A DNA stretch of 40,960 bases, taken from NCBI GenBank assembly GCA_016199665.1, contig JACQGG010000148.1, positions 1 to 40,960 of the forward strand, read 5' to 3'. This document shows positions 16,453 through 28,276 of this stretch, in pieces; the stretch's first letter is position 1, and every line of letters starts with the position of its first letter. The notes below the pieces were generated by a model that did not search any database, was not told the origin of the DNA, and saw only the letters and a program-made list of their open reading frames with translations. This DNA comes from Acidobacteriota bacterium. GTDB lineage: Bacteria > Acidobacteriota > UBA6911 > JACQSX01. Both the position numbers and the translations under genes were made by a program.

Positions 16453-17703
16453 ATGCTACAATCCGGCCCGATGCGATGGGATGTGGTGATTGTCGGCGGA
16501 GGTCCGGCGGGAGCCACCGCCGCCATGCGCCTGGCGGGTAAAGCGCGGGTGCTGGTCCTGGACAAAGAGGCATTCCCGAGGGACAAGCCGTGCGGCGGCG
16601 GAATCAGCGCGCGCATTCTGCGGCGGTTTCCCGAACTCGCAAGCCTTCTCACAAAAATTCCGGTACGGACTGTAACTAAAGTTCGACTGCATGCGCCTTC
16701 CGGTTCCTGTTGCGCTTTCCAGCGGCCCGAGCCGATTTACTTCATGGTTCGACGTCTGGACTTTGATGCCCTGCTGTTGCGCGAAGCCGAAAGAAGAGGC
16801 GCCGTTGTCCAGACGGAAACGGTGACGAGTCTCCGGGTCTGCTCGGACGCGGTGACGGTGCAGACCCGGGAACAGGAACACATCGCTTCGCTGGTCATCG
16901 GATGCGATGGCGTCAATAGCGTCGTGGCGCGGGCTTCAGGCTTGCGTCCCCGCTGGCCGGAGTCCTGTTTGGCCATCGATATGATGGAGGAAACTCCTTA
17001 CAGCCGCCTGGACTTCCGCGAGCGCGACACCATGGAGGTCTTCTACGGCTACAATGGAGAACCCGGCTATGTCTACCTTTTTCCAAAGGCGGACCATATC
17101 AACGTCGGCATCGGATGGAAGATGCAGCATTTCAGGCGCCATAAGCCGGGGCCTCCCTATCGCCATCACAGGGCTCTGGTCGAGCTCTTGATTGCGAGCG
17201 GAAAGCTGCAAGGAGGCTCCGACCGGAGCTGCTTCCGGCCGTTCGTCATTCCCGTGGGAGGAGTCTGGCCGCGCACCTGCGCGGATCGCGTGCTGCTGTG
17301 CGGCGACGCAGCCGGCTTTGTCAACGCATTCACGGCGGAAGGAATCTACTACGCCATGGTTTCGGGCGACCTGGCGGCGCAGGCCACGCTGGAGGCTGCG
17401 CAGGCAGGGGCTTGGAGCAGGCGGCAGCTCGGACGCTACCCGCGGCTTTGGAAATGTGAAGTCGGACCGGAGCTTGAATTTTCCGTCAAGGTACAGCGGC
17501 TGCTTCTGAAAGACACTTCAAGAATAGATTGCATCGTGGAGGTTGCGCGCCGCAATCCCGATCTGCTGCAGAAGTTAGCCGGTTATGTCACCGGAGAAGT
17601 GGCGCACCGCTCCTTTCGGAGGTTCCTGTTTGGGTATTCCGTGCGGCGGCGCCTGCAGGATCTATTAGAATCTGGGAGGGGCGAATCGGGGCAGGCGGTG
17701 TGA
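16453..17703 (+). CDS. Geranylgeranyl reductase-family FAD-dependent oxidoreductase
   Basis: WDVVIVGGGPAGATAAMRLAG...LVLDKEAFPRDKPCGGGIS...LLCGDAAGFVNAFTAEGIYYAMVSG are hallmark motifs of the family. The start may instead be the ATG at 16471 (MRWDV). Confidence 0.9.
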   Translation: MLQSGPMRWDVVIVGGGPAGATAAMRLAGKARVLVLDKEAFPRDKPCGGGISARILRRFPELASLLTKIPVRTVTKVRLHAPSGSCCAFQRPEPIYFMVRRLDFDALLLREAERRGAVVQTETVTSLRVCSDAVTVQTREQEHIASLVIGCDGVNSVVARASGLRPRWPESCLAIDMMEETPYSRLDFRERDTMEVFYGYNGEPGYVYLFPKADHINVGIGWKMQHFRRHKPGPPYRHHRALVELLIASGKLQGGSDRSCFRPFVIPVGGVWPRTCADRVLLCGDAAGFVNAFTAEGIYYAMVSGDLAAQATLEAAQAGAWSRRQLGRYPRLWKCEVGPELEFSVKVQRLLLKDTSRIDCIVEVARRNPDLLQKLAGYVTGEVAHRSFRRFLFGYSVRRRLQDLLESGRGESGQAV

Positions 17704-17734
17704 CCCTCCGGCCCGTGCGCGGCACGGTTGAGGG
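17704..17734 (+). terminator. Possible terminator-like hairpin after the reductase gene
   Basis: CCCTC-cggc-CCGTGC-gcg-GCACGG-tt-GAGGG begins immediately after the TGA at 17701-17703. No adjacent U-tract. Confidence 0.3.
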
Positions 17735-18032
17735 AACCGATCAAGGTCTTTATTGGCTCCGTTACCAGGAAAATCATGAGAGCGGACGGGTTGTTCAACA
17801 CCGATATGTCATTGTCACAGCCGTCATGGTTTTCAACGCAGAGACGCCGAGGTCGCAGAGCAGGCGCAGAGGCGGCTGGAATAAGGAATTCTCCGTTGCA
17901 GGCGCTCGACGGGATTGCCCAGCCGAGAAGAGCCTACGGCGCGTCCGGATGGCGCCGCTGGGAACGGATAACTGGCCCGAGACAAGGACCCCTGCCATCC
18001 GTCATCCATCATCCGATCCCCGAGAGGCCTCT

Positions 18033-18728
18033 ATGAAATGGACCGACAGTGCGACGTTTGAGTGGACTTCCAGGATTTCCAACTTTGAGGCCAAGCAGCA
18101 GGTGGCGCGAAGCGTGGCCGGCCAGGTGCGTTCCGGCCAGGTGATCGGCATCGGTTCCGGATCGACCGCCTACATTGCAATTCAGGAGATCGGACGGCGT
18201 CTGAAACAGGAGGGTCTGGATTTTCTGGGGATCCCAACGTCCCTGGAAGCCAGATTGGCGTGCGCCCAGGCCGGCATCGCCTGCACTTCCCTGCTGGAGC
18301 ATCGGCCGGACTGGGCGTTTGACGGCGCCGACGAAATCGACGGCGACGGGAACATGATCAAGGGCCGCGGCGGCGCATTCTACTCGGAGAAGCTGGTGGA
18401 CGGAGCGGCGGCGAAACTGTTTATCCTTGTGGATCGTTCCAAGCTGGTCCGGCGCCTGGGAACTCAGTTTGCCATCCCCGTGGAAGCGCATCCGCCGGCC
18501 GCACGGTGGGTGGAGCGGCAGATCCTGGCCCTGGGCGCAACCGAGATTGTCGCCCGCACCTCCGCGGGAAAGGACGGGCCGGTCTTTACCGAGCACGGCA
18601 ACGTGATCCTGGACGCGCGGTTCCCGGAAATCGGCCCAACCCTGGAAAAGGATCTCAAGTCCATTTGCGGCGTCATCGAGTCGGGGCTTTTCTGGGGCTT
18701 GAAGCCGGAAGTCGTGGTCGCAGACTGA
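18033..18728 (+). CDS. rpiA: Ribose-5-phosphate isomerase A
   Basis: From ATG 18033: ...VIGIGSGSTAYIAIQEIG...FDGADEIDGDGNMIKGRGGAFYSEKLV...FILVDRSKLV...GVIESGLF are canonical RpiA motifs. The in-frame upstream extension to 17529 is not protein-like. Confidence 0.92.
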   Translation: MKWTDSATFEWTSRISNFEAKQQVARSVAGQVRSGQVIGIGSGSTAYIAIQEIGRRLKQEGLDFLGIPTSLEARLACAQAGIACTSLLEHRPDWAFDGADEIDGDGNMIKGRGGAFYSEKLVDGAAAKLFILVDRSKLVRRLGTQFAIPVEAHPPAARWVERQILALGATEIVARTSAGKDGPVFTEHGNVILDARFPEIGPTLEKDLKSICGVIESGLFWGLKPEVVVAD

Positions 18729-18741
18729 GCTTGCGACATTC

Positions 18742-19422
18742 ATGATTGAACTGCGGCATGTCTCCAAGATCTTTCACCTTCAGAAACCGGTGGTCGCTCT
18801 TGACAACGTCAATCTTGCCATCGAGGCCGGAGAGATGGTTGCCGTCATGGGGTCCTCCGGCTCGGGCAAGAGCACGCTGCTGAATCTGATGGGGGGACTT
18901 GACCGCCCCAGCCAGGGGCAGGTCCTGCTCGGCGGGCATGATTTGACCACGCTGCGGGATGATGCCCTGACGGAACTTCGCCGAGAAAAGATTGGTTTCG
19001 TCTTCCAGTTCTTTAACCTGATTGCCACGCTTACCGCGCTGCAGAACGTCGCCCTTCCGTTCCTGCTGCGGGGCTTGGCGCGCGGGAAATCCGAGCAAAA
19101 AGCGCTGGCGCTGCTGGAGCTGGTCGGGCTCTCCGGCCGCTCCGCGCATTTGCCGGATGAACTCTCCGGCGGGGAGCAGCAGCGGGTTGCGATTGCCCGT
19201 GCCCTGGCCTTCTACCCGCCGGTGCTGCTTGCCGACGAGCCGACGGGGAACCTCGACTCCCACACCGGAATTGAAATCCTGACTCTGCTGCGCCAGGTCC
19301 GGGAGCAGTTCCGCGCAACCGTCGTCCTGGTCACTCACGACCCCGCGGCGGCGGCGCACTGCGAGCGGGTGCTGCACTTGAAGGACGGGCGCCTCTTGAG
19401 TGATTCAAATCGAAAATTCTAA
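18742..19422 (+). CDS. ABC transporter ATP-binding protein (MacB/LolD-type)
   Basis: Walker A GSSGSGKST, Q-loop, signature LSGGEQQRVAIARAL, and Walker B LLADEPTGNLD. Confidence 0.95.
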   Translation: MIELRHVSKIFHLQKPVVALDNVNLAIEAGEMVAVMGSSGSGKSTLLNLMGGLDRPSQGQVLLGGHDLTTLRDDALTELRREKIGFVFQFFNLIATLTALQNVALPFLLRGLARGKSEQKALALLELVGLSGRSAHLPDELSGGEQQRVAIARALAFYPPVLLADEPTGNLDSHTGIEILTLLRQVREQFRATVVLVTHDPAAAAHCERVLHLKDGRLLSDSNRKF

Positions 19423-21977
19423 TGGCGCTCTGGCTGATCAGTTTTCAGAACTTCAAAATCCACTGGCTGAAGAACCTGCTGACAACGTTCGGGATCGTTT
19501 TGGGTGTGGCAGTTTTTTTCTCGATGAGAACGGCCAACCGGTCCCTGACCGGCGAGTTTCACAAGACGATCGACCGAATCGCCGGCAAGGCCCAGCTCCA
19601 GGTTACTGCCGGAGAGGCGGGGCTGCCTGAGGCAGCACTGGAGCAGGTGCAATCCGTTGCCGGAGTTGAAATCGCGGTCCCGGTCATTGAAGCTGTCGTT
19701 CAAAGCCAGTTCGGCGAGGAGGGGCGTCTGCTGCTGCTCGGGGTGGATTTCACCGGCGACAACCGTATGCGCGGCTATCAGATCGAAGAAGACGCCGGGA
19801 CCGAAATTGAAGATCCGCTGGGATTCCTGGCCCAGCCTGACTCCATCTGCCTGACCCGGGAATTTGCAAAGCGCAACAACCTCAAGTTGCAGGATGCCAT
19901 CGAGTTGGACACCGCCGCAGGACACAAGCGCTTTGTGGTCCGGGGTCTGGTCACACCGGGCAATCTCGCATCCGCGTTCGGCGGCAATATCGCCGTCATG
20001 GATATCTACGCGGCCCAGTTTGTGCTGAACCGGGGACCCAAATTCGATCGGATCGACATCGCCCTGCAGTCCGGCCAGAGATTAGACGCCGCGCAGCAGC
20101 ACCTGCAGAGGCGCCTGGGACCGGGACTCAAGGTGGAGACGCCCGACCAGCGAGGCCGGCAGATGGAGGCTCTGACGTCGGCCTTTACCGTGGGGCTGCT
20201 GTTCAGCAGCCTGGTCGCGCTGCTGGTCGGAGTATTTCTCATTTTCAACTCATTTGCCGTCGCTGTCACGCGCCGCCGCAAGGACATCGGTATTCTGCGG
20301 GCCCTGGGTGCGACGCGCCGTCAGGTCCAACTCCTGTTTCTGTCGGAAGCATTCTTTATGGGAGTTGTGGGCTCGGTGGCCGGCGTCGCCGCCGGCTGGG
20401 TGGGGGCTCGCGCCGTCATTTCCTTCATGGATCGGGTAATTCAAGGATCCTACAACGTCTCGGTTCGCACCGGCAGCGTTCAGGCAGAACCGCTGTTTAT
20501 AGGTCTCTCGGTTCTGCTTGGCATTGCCGCGTCGCTGCTGGGCGCGCTCATTCCCGCGCGCGCCGCCGCAAGAGTCGATCCGGTGCTGGCACTGCAGAAG
20601 GGAAAGCACCAGACACTGCTGGGGCGTGAAACCCGGGCGCGGCGCCTCATCGGCGGCGCGCTTCTGGTTCTGGCGCTGCTCCTTACCTTGACGCCGTGGG
20701 CCACACGGCGGAGCGTTCAATATCTGAACTTTGGGCTCGTGTTTGCAGGCCTGGCGCTGCTGGTTCCCTCGCTGGCCCACTGGCTGTCCCTGGCGCTGCG
20801 GGCGCCACTGAACCGCCTGTTTGGCGTCGAAGGCCTTCTGGCGTGTGACAGCCTCATCCAGGCGCCAAAGCGGACCTCTTCCACAGTTGCGGCGCTGATG
20901 TTCAGCCTGGCATTTGTCGTCTCCAACAGCACTTTCACTGCCAGCATCAAGCAGTCCTTTCGCAACTGGATGCAGCAGAGCATCAACGCGGACCTGTTTG
21001 TTACCACGTCAGAAAGCCTGACATCACGGATTTTCCACTTCCCGGCGTCGATGCGCGCTGAAATCGCGAGCATTCCAGGAATCCGGCAGGTCGATTCCGT
21101 GCGCATCATCAATCATGACTATCGCGGCAGCCCCATCATGATTTTCAGCGTTGAGATGGAATCGTATTTCCGGCGAGCCGCGTTCATTTTGCAGGAAGGA
21201 GACCGACAGGATGTCAGCAACCAGCTCACACACGCGGATGCCGTGCTTGTTTCAGGCAACTTCTCCGTCCTCTACAACGTGCACCGGGGCGATCGCGTCC
21301 AGCTTGCGACCCCTTCGGGCGCCGTGCCGTTCAAGGTCGCCGGCGTGATGGAGGATTATTCTTCGGATAAAGGAACCATCGCCATGGACCGGCAGACTTA
21401 TGTGCGACACTGGCGGGACGACCGGGTCGATACCTTCGACGTGATGCTGGTTCCCGGCGCCGGGCCGGATGCGATCAAGCGCCGGATCCTTACGACATTT
21501 CAGGATCAGAAGCGCCTGTTTGTCTTCACCAACGGAGAATTCCGCAGCAAGATTCTGGTTATCATTGATCAATTTTTCGCGCTGTCGTACGTTCAGGTCA
21601 TTGTGGCGATGGCGGTTGCAGTGCTGGGAATCGTCAACACACTGTTTATTTCGATTTCCGACCGGCGGCGCGACATCGGCATTATCAAAGTGGTCGGAGG
21701 GATGCGAAGGCAAATCCGCAAGCTGATTCTGCTGGAGGCATGCTGCATCTCGCTGATTGCAACGCTGCTGGGCGGCGCCGGTGGCGCGTACCTGGCCTAT
21801 TTCACTAACCGCACCATCGGTCTGAGCCTCACCGGCTGGTGGATTCCCTACAGCTTCGACTGGATTACGGCGCTGCTGCTGTTTCCGGTCATGACGGGGG
21901 TCGCCGCAGCGGCCGCCTGGTATCCGGCCAATACTGCAATCGGCTTGCCGCTGATTGACGCACTGGGATATGAGTAA
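19422..21977 (+). CDS. ABC transporter permease with two FtsX/MacB-type domains
   Basis: 851 aa. The start overlaps the ATPase stop (TAATG). Two repeats each have a TM1-large periplasmic loop-3 TM architecture, with the RRKDIGILRALGATRRQV and RRRDIGIIKVVGGMRRQI FtsX signature helices. Confidence 0.93.
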   Translation: MALWLISFQNFKIHWLKNLLTTFGIVLGVAVFFSMRTANRSLTGEFHKTIDRIAGKAQLQVTAGEAGLPEAALEQVQSVAGVEIAVPVIEAVVQSQFGEEGRLLLLGVDFTGDNRMRGYQIEEDAGTEIEDPLGFLAQPDSICLTREFAKRNNLKLQDAIELDTAAGHKRFVVRGLVTPGNLASAFGGNIAVMDIYAAQFVLNRGPKFDRIDIALQSGQRLDAAQQHLQRRLGPGLKVETPDQRGRQMEALTSAFTVGLLFSSLVALLVGVFLIFNSFAVAVTRRRKDIGILRALGATRRQVQLLFLSEAFFMGVVGSVAGVAAGWVGARAVISFMDRVIQGSYNVSVRTGSVQAEPLFIGLSVLLGIAASLLGALIPARAAARVDPVLALQKGKHQTLLGRETRARRLIGGALLVLALLLTLTPWATRRSVQYLNFGLVFAGLALLVPSLAHWLSLALRAPLNRLFGVEGLLACDSLIQAPKRTSSTVAALMFSLAFVVSNSTFTASIKQSFRNWMQQSINADLFVTTSESLTSRIFHFPASMRAEIASIPGIRQVDSVRIINHDYRGSPIMIFSVEMESYFRRAAFILQEGDRQDVSNQLTHADAVLVSGNFSVLYNVHRGDRVQLATPSGAVPFKVAGVMEDYSSDKGTIAMDRQTYVRHWRDDRVDTFDVMLVPGAGPDAIKRRILTTFQDQKRLFVFTNGEFRSKILVIIDQFFALSYVQVIVAMAVAVLGIVNTLFISISDRRRDIGIIKVVGGMRRQIRKLILLEACCISLIATLLGGAGGAYLAYFTNRTIGLSLTGWWIPYSFDWITALLLFPVMTGVAAAAAWYPANTAIGLPLIDALGYE

Positions 21978-22878
21978 GGCGAGCGACCCCGGGGAGAATC
22001 CGCGACAAATCCCGAGGAGGGGCGGCAGACCTCTGTGCCTGCTTTCTGCCCTCTGCCTTCCGCCTTCCGTTTTCCGCCTTTTAATTTCCAGTTTTCGCCT
22101 GCCGCTTTCCACTTTCTGCCTTCCGCTTTCCGTTTTATTGCTCGCGGGAGTCCCCCCGGGATCTGTCCGCGCGCAGGCGGCACTGGAAATCATGGAGAGG
22201 GTCGACCAGCAGGCGCGCTGCAGCAGCCGGCAATACACCGGCAGCCTGGAAGTTTATGATCGCGGCGGCAAGGTTCTGCGAAAGGCCTGGCTCTCCCGGC
22301 GCAAGGGATTTGGCGGAGAAAGCCGGTCACTGGTGCGCTTTACATCCCCTCCGGAAGTCAGGGGCGTCGGCCTCCTGGTACTGGCGCATCGCGGCGTTCC
22401 GTCCGACCAGTGGCTCTACACTCCGGCCATCAGGCGTGACCGCCGCATCGCGCCGCAGGATCGATCGGTCCGTTTTCTGGGCACCGATTTTTCGTATGAA
22501 GACATGCAGGAGCGAGAAGTTGCCGACTACCAATATTCTCTGATCGGGGAAGAAGCGTCCGGCGCCGGCAGTTTTTTCAAGATCCAGGCCGTTCCCAACA
22601 AGAATCTCAGATCCCAGTACGCCTACTTGTACGTCTGGGTAGACAAGAACTTGTTTGTTGTGACGCGCACGGAATTCTACAGGGATAAAGAGTTGAGCAA
22701 GACGCTGGCGGCCGGCAAGCTGGAGCGGATCCAGGGAATCTGGACTGCCCTCGAACTGGAAATGAAGGATCTCAAGCGTGGCAGCCGCACCGTTGTCAGG
22801 ATGTCGGATGTGCAATACAACAAGTTCCTGTCGGACGATCTCTTCACCCTCAGAAACCTCAGGGACGGCGATCGCTGA
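21970..22878 (+). CDS. Outer-membrane lipoprotein-sorting (LolA-like) family protein
   Basis: The mature part ALEIMERVDQQ...YTGSLEVYDRGGKVLRKAW...SLVRFTSPPEVRGVGLL...DQWLYTPAIRRDRRIA...FLGTDFSYEDM matches the LolA-like family. The long N-terminal hydrophobic region ends in AQA. The start is uncertain: ATG 21970 overlaps the permease stop, and the track start is 21955. Confidence 0.78.
   Translation: MSKASDPGENPRQIPRRGGRPLCLLSALCLPPSVFRLLISSFRLPLSTFCLPLSVLLLAGVPPGSVRAQAALEIMERVDQQARCSSRQYTGSLEVYDRGGKVLRKAWLSRRKGFGGESRSLVRFTSPPEVRGVGLLVLAHRGVPSDQWLYTPAIRRDRRIAPQDRSVRFLGTDFSYEDMQEREVADYQYSLIGEEASGAGSFFKIQAVPNKNLRSQYAYLYVWVDKNLFVVTRTEFYRDKELSKTLAAGKLERIQGIWTALELEMKDLKRGSRTVVRMSDVQYNKFLSDDLFTLRNLRDGDR
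22052..22136. repeat. Two 22-nt direct repeats 63 nt apart within a pyrimidine-rich tract
   Basis: TCTGCCTTCCGCCTTCCGTTTT (22052-22073) and TCTGCCTTCCGCTTTCCGTTTT (22115-22136) are 21/22 identical. They are embedded in a ~110-nt strongly C+T-biased stretch (about 22030-22140) that encodes the hydrophobic N-terminus of the LolA-like protein. Confidence 0.6.
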
Positions 22879-24223
22879 GCGGGTCCGAAACAGGTCATCG
22901 AGACTCGCGGTTCTGACGATCCAATGTGGACTCATGACGCTATCGGCGGCCGCGCTCCACGCCGAGGAAAGCCGCTGGAAGTTTGAGGGTTTTTGGGAGC
23001 ACCGGACCTTTACCTACTTTCGGCCGGCGGAGACAGGAGAGACGCAAGCGGAGGCCGACAGCCACTTGCGCGGGAAGCTGACCTACCAGTTTAAGAATAT
23101 GTCGCTGGCCGTCGCCCCAGACCTCTGGATCGATTCCCACGGCCGGATGGATCGGCAATCGGCCAGCCTTTCCGACAGAACAGACCGCCGGCCCGCCGTT
23201 TCCTCCAGCGAACTCACCCTGGATTTTCGAACCGCAAGCCTGGACCTGCGAGTGGGAAAACAGCAGATCGTCTGGGGCCGGGCCGATACCTGGAATCCGA
23301 CCGACAACGTGATGCCGTTTGATTACCTGGATCTCGTCGAGACCGAGCGGATCGGGGTCGCGGCCGTTCGCGCACGCCGGTATTTCAATTCTGCAAGCCT
23401 GGATCTGGTCTGGGTTCCCCGCTTCTCACCCACCCGCCTGCCGCTTTTGAATGCGCGCTGGTATCCGCGCCTGCAGAGCCCATCGGCTCTGCCCCTCCGT
23501 TTTCGTTCGAGGGCGCGCTTTCCGCCCACCACGGCGGCAAGTTCTCAGTTGGCAATTCGCTGGGACCACACGGCTCACGGCTGGGACTACTCGGTTTCCT
23601 ACTTCAACGGCTGGAACGACATTCCCAACTTTGCTCTTTTGCTCGTCTCGCCGGCGGCATCAAGCGGCGGTCCAGCAACCCCGTCGCTTGAGGTGAACCT
23701 CCAAAGGAGCTTCCGTCGAATTCAGGTCGTCGGGGGTGACCTTGCCGTCACTCCCGCAGGGCTCGGCGTGCGCGCGGAGGCTGCTTTCTTTCGTCCCCAG
23801 AAAGGGGCGCTCGATTTCTCGCCGGGAGAGGATCGCGACTATTTACTCTACGCGCTGGGGATGGACAAAAGTTGGGGAGACTGGACTCTGCTGGCGCAAG
23901 TCATGGGAGACATCGCCTTTGGCTCAGGCGGCGCAGTTTTTCCGCCCCAAGCTGCCACCTTGCGCTTTCCGGATCGAGGTCTGGGCCATTCGCTTCTGGG
24001 ACGCCTGGAGCAAAGCACCGGCCCCAGAGCCAGTTGGAGCCTGACCGCCGTCGTTCGACTGCAGGCTGGAGATTCGCTGCTGGAGCCAGAGTACCAATAC
24101 CAACTGGCCCAGGCATGGAAGCTTTCGGCAGGAGTCCATCTGCTGGTTGGAAGCCGGACGGATTTTCTCGGACAGTATCGAAACAACAGCCGCGTATACA
24201 TCAAGCTTCGGCAAAGCTTTTAG
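22808..24223 (+). CDS. Outer-membrane beta-barrel protein (DUF1302/alginate-export-like)
   Basis: The signal-like segment RNRSSRLAVLTIQCGLMTLSAAALHA is followed by alternating beta-strand patterns, the motif LRVGKQQIVWGRADTWNPTDNV, and a C-terminal ...YIKLRQSF ending in Phe (OMP beta-signal). The start is uncertain (22778, 22808 or 22934); the in-frame ATG at 22934 would delete the signal peptide. Confidence 0.72.
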   Translation: MCNTTSSCRTISSPSETSGTAIAERVRNRSSRLAVLTIQCGLMTLSAAALHAEESRWKFEGFWEHRTFTYFRPAETGETQAEADSHLRGKLTYQFKNMSLAVAPDLWIDSHGRMDRQSASLSDRTDRRPAVSSSELTLDFRTASLDLRVGKQQIVWGRADTWNPTDNVMPFDYLDLVETERIGVAAVRARRYFNSASLDLVWVPRFSPTRLPLLNARWYPRLQSPSALPLRFRSRARFPPTTAASSQLAIRWDHTAHGWDYSVSYFNGWNDIPNFALLLVSPAASSGGPATPSLEVNLQRSFRRIQVVGGDLAVTPAGLGVRAEAAFFRPQKGALDFSPGEDRDYLLYALGMDKSWGDWTLLAQVMGDIAFGSGGAVFPPQAATLRFPDRGLGHSLLGRLEQSTGPRASWSLTAVVRLQAGDSLLEPEYQYQLAQAWKLSAGVHLLVGSRTDFLGQYRNNSRVYIKLRQSF

Positions 24224-24292
24224 TAGGAATCGTGTTATCTTTAACCGAGCGTCATTCAACCCAACTTCTTCATCTCAACGGGAGCGCGTCAA

Positions 24293-24661
24293 ATGCAACA
24301 TAGCAGCGGATTCTTGAAGCTGGTAAACAACGCCAAATCTCGCATTCGCGAAACAAACGTCGATGAGGTCTCGCGTCGCCTTCACGCCGGAGAGAAGCTC
24401 ACCCTGGTGGATGTGCGCGAGGACAACGAATGGCAGAAAGGGCACATCAAAGGGGCGATTCACCTGGGTAAAGGAATTATCGAGCGGGACGCCGAGAACA
24501 TGTTTCCCGACAAGAACCAGGAGCTAATCCTTTACTGCGGCGGTGGCTTTCGCTCCGCGCTGGCCGCCGACTCGCTGAGACAAATGGGATACGCCGACGC
24601 CGTCTCGATGGACGGGGGTTGGAAGGCCTGGAAAGACAAGAATCTGCCCACCGAACAGTGA
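24293..24661 (+). CDS. Single-domain rhodanese-like sulfurtransferase
   Basis: 122 aa: LVDVREDNEWQKGHIKGAIHL...ILYCGGGFRSALAADSLRQMGY, with an active-site Cys loop CGGGFRS. Confidence 0.9.
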   Translation: MQHSSGFLKLVNNAKSRIRETNVDEVSRRLHAGEKLTLVDVREDNEWQKGHIKGAIHLGKGIIERDAENMFPDKNQELILYCGGGFRSALAADSLRQMGYADAVSMDGGWKAWKDKNLPTEQ

Positions 24662-24952
24662 CCGGTTGGCGGCAAATGAAAGCGGAAATTCGTGGTCGTT
24701 TGCGTCCAGCCAAGGGCCTGTGCAACTCCACGTCCAGGTCAACGATTTTGCTCTCGCTTAGTGCCCAAGCCATTGACGCTGTGCTAAGATGTTTCCAACA
24801 GATCCTGACGAGAGCGACGGGTGAGGCTGCTGCTGCGCGCGGCTTTGCCATTTTTCTTCTCTGGATCGCATCCATCGGGTGGCGGGTTATGGGGCCGGCG
24901 GTCTTTCCGACGCTGTGGACATTTTTACTTCCTTCCAGGGAGGGGGCTTGAA

Positions 24953-25411
24953 ATGAGCAATCCAGAGAAACCGGACGGGGGTACGAGCACGCGAAAGCAA
25001 CCCGTGGATGCGGGTGACGCAATCCAGGGTTCACGCCTGTCACCGCGAGACCGCGGTTTGGCGCTGTTGGACCAGTTACTCGGTCCCGAACACGCCCGGG
25101 CGGCCCGGGAGACATGGCTGGCGCTTGCCCCTGACTTTGAACGCTACGTCGTGGAATTCCTGTCGGCCCAGGTCTGGGACCGTCCCCATCTGGAGCTGCG
25201 GGTTCGAAGTCTCTGCACCATCTCCGCGCTGTCGGCACTTGGGCATCATCACGCCCTGGAGGTGAACGTCGGCATTGCCCTGAACAACGGCGCAACGCGC
25301 GAGGACATCATTGAGGTGCTGCTTCACATGGCGGCCTACGCGGGATTCCCCGCGTGCTGGGAAGGTCTGACGATCGCCGATCGCGTTTTCAAGGAACGCG
25401 GGGTAACCTAG
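24953..25411 (+). CDS. Carboxymuconolactone decarboxylase (CMD/AhpD-like) family protein
   Basis: ATG 24953 is preceded by AGGGAGGGGG. ...VWDRPHLELRVRSLCTISALSALGHHHALEVNVGIALNNGATREDIIEVLLHMAAYAGFPA matches the CMD family pattern. Confidence 0.85.
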   Translation: MSNPEKPDGGTSTRKQPVDAGDAIQGSRLSPRDRGLALLDQLLGPEHARAARETWLALAPDFERYVVEFLSAQVWDRPHLELRVRSLCTISALSALGHHHALEVNVGIALNNGATREDIIEVLLHMAAYAGFPACWEGLTIADRVFKERGVT

Positions 25412-25447
25412 TGACAGCTCGATTCCATGTGAAGAATCGGACAACTC

Positions 25448-27133
<1,686 letters not shown>

Positions 27134-27238
27134 CGGCGTCTCCGCGGTATGAAAGATGAAGTGAAAGTTGTGGATCAAAGGTCATCGGCGACTCAAAGGG
27201 CTTTCCGGGGGGTGAGAAGTCCTGATTCCCTCGCCACA

Positions 27239-28276
<1,038 letters not shown>

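Noticed and set aside
17930-18010. ykkC/guanidine- or PRPP-type riboswitch upstream of rpiA
   Set aside because: GGCCCGAGAC resembles the GGUCCGAGAG element, but the other conserved blocks (CUAGGGUUCCG, ACACGG...GGGA.AAAAGCCCGGGAGA) are absent or out of order.
17529-18032. N-terminal 168-codon extension of the rpiA reading frame (track ORF 17529-18728)
   Set aside because: The extension overlaps the end of the upstream reductase gene and is R/G/S-rich without RpiA homology. RpiA homology begins at the ATG at 18033.
22030-22140. CRISPR-like or tandem-repeat array
   Set aside because: Only two repeat copies are present. They lie inside a coding region in frame, without spacer-repeat periodicity or nearby cas genes.
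24477-25295. 272-aa ORF on the minus strand
   Set aside because: It overlaps the rhodanese 3' end, the spacer and the CMD gene in antisense. It is extremely R/P/S-rich.
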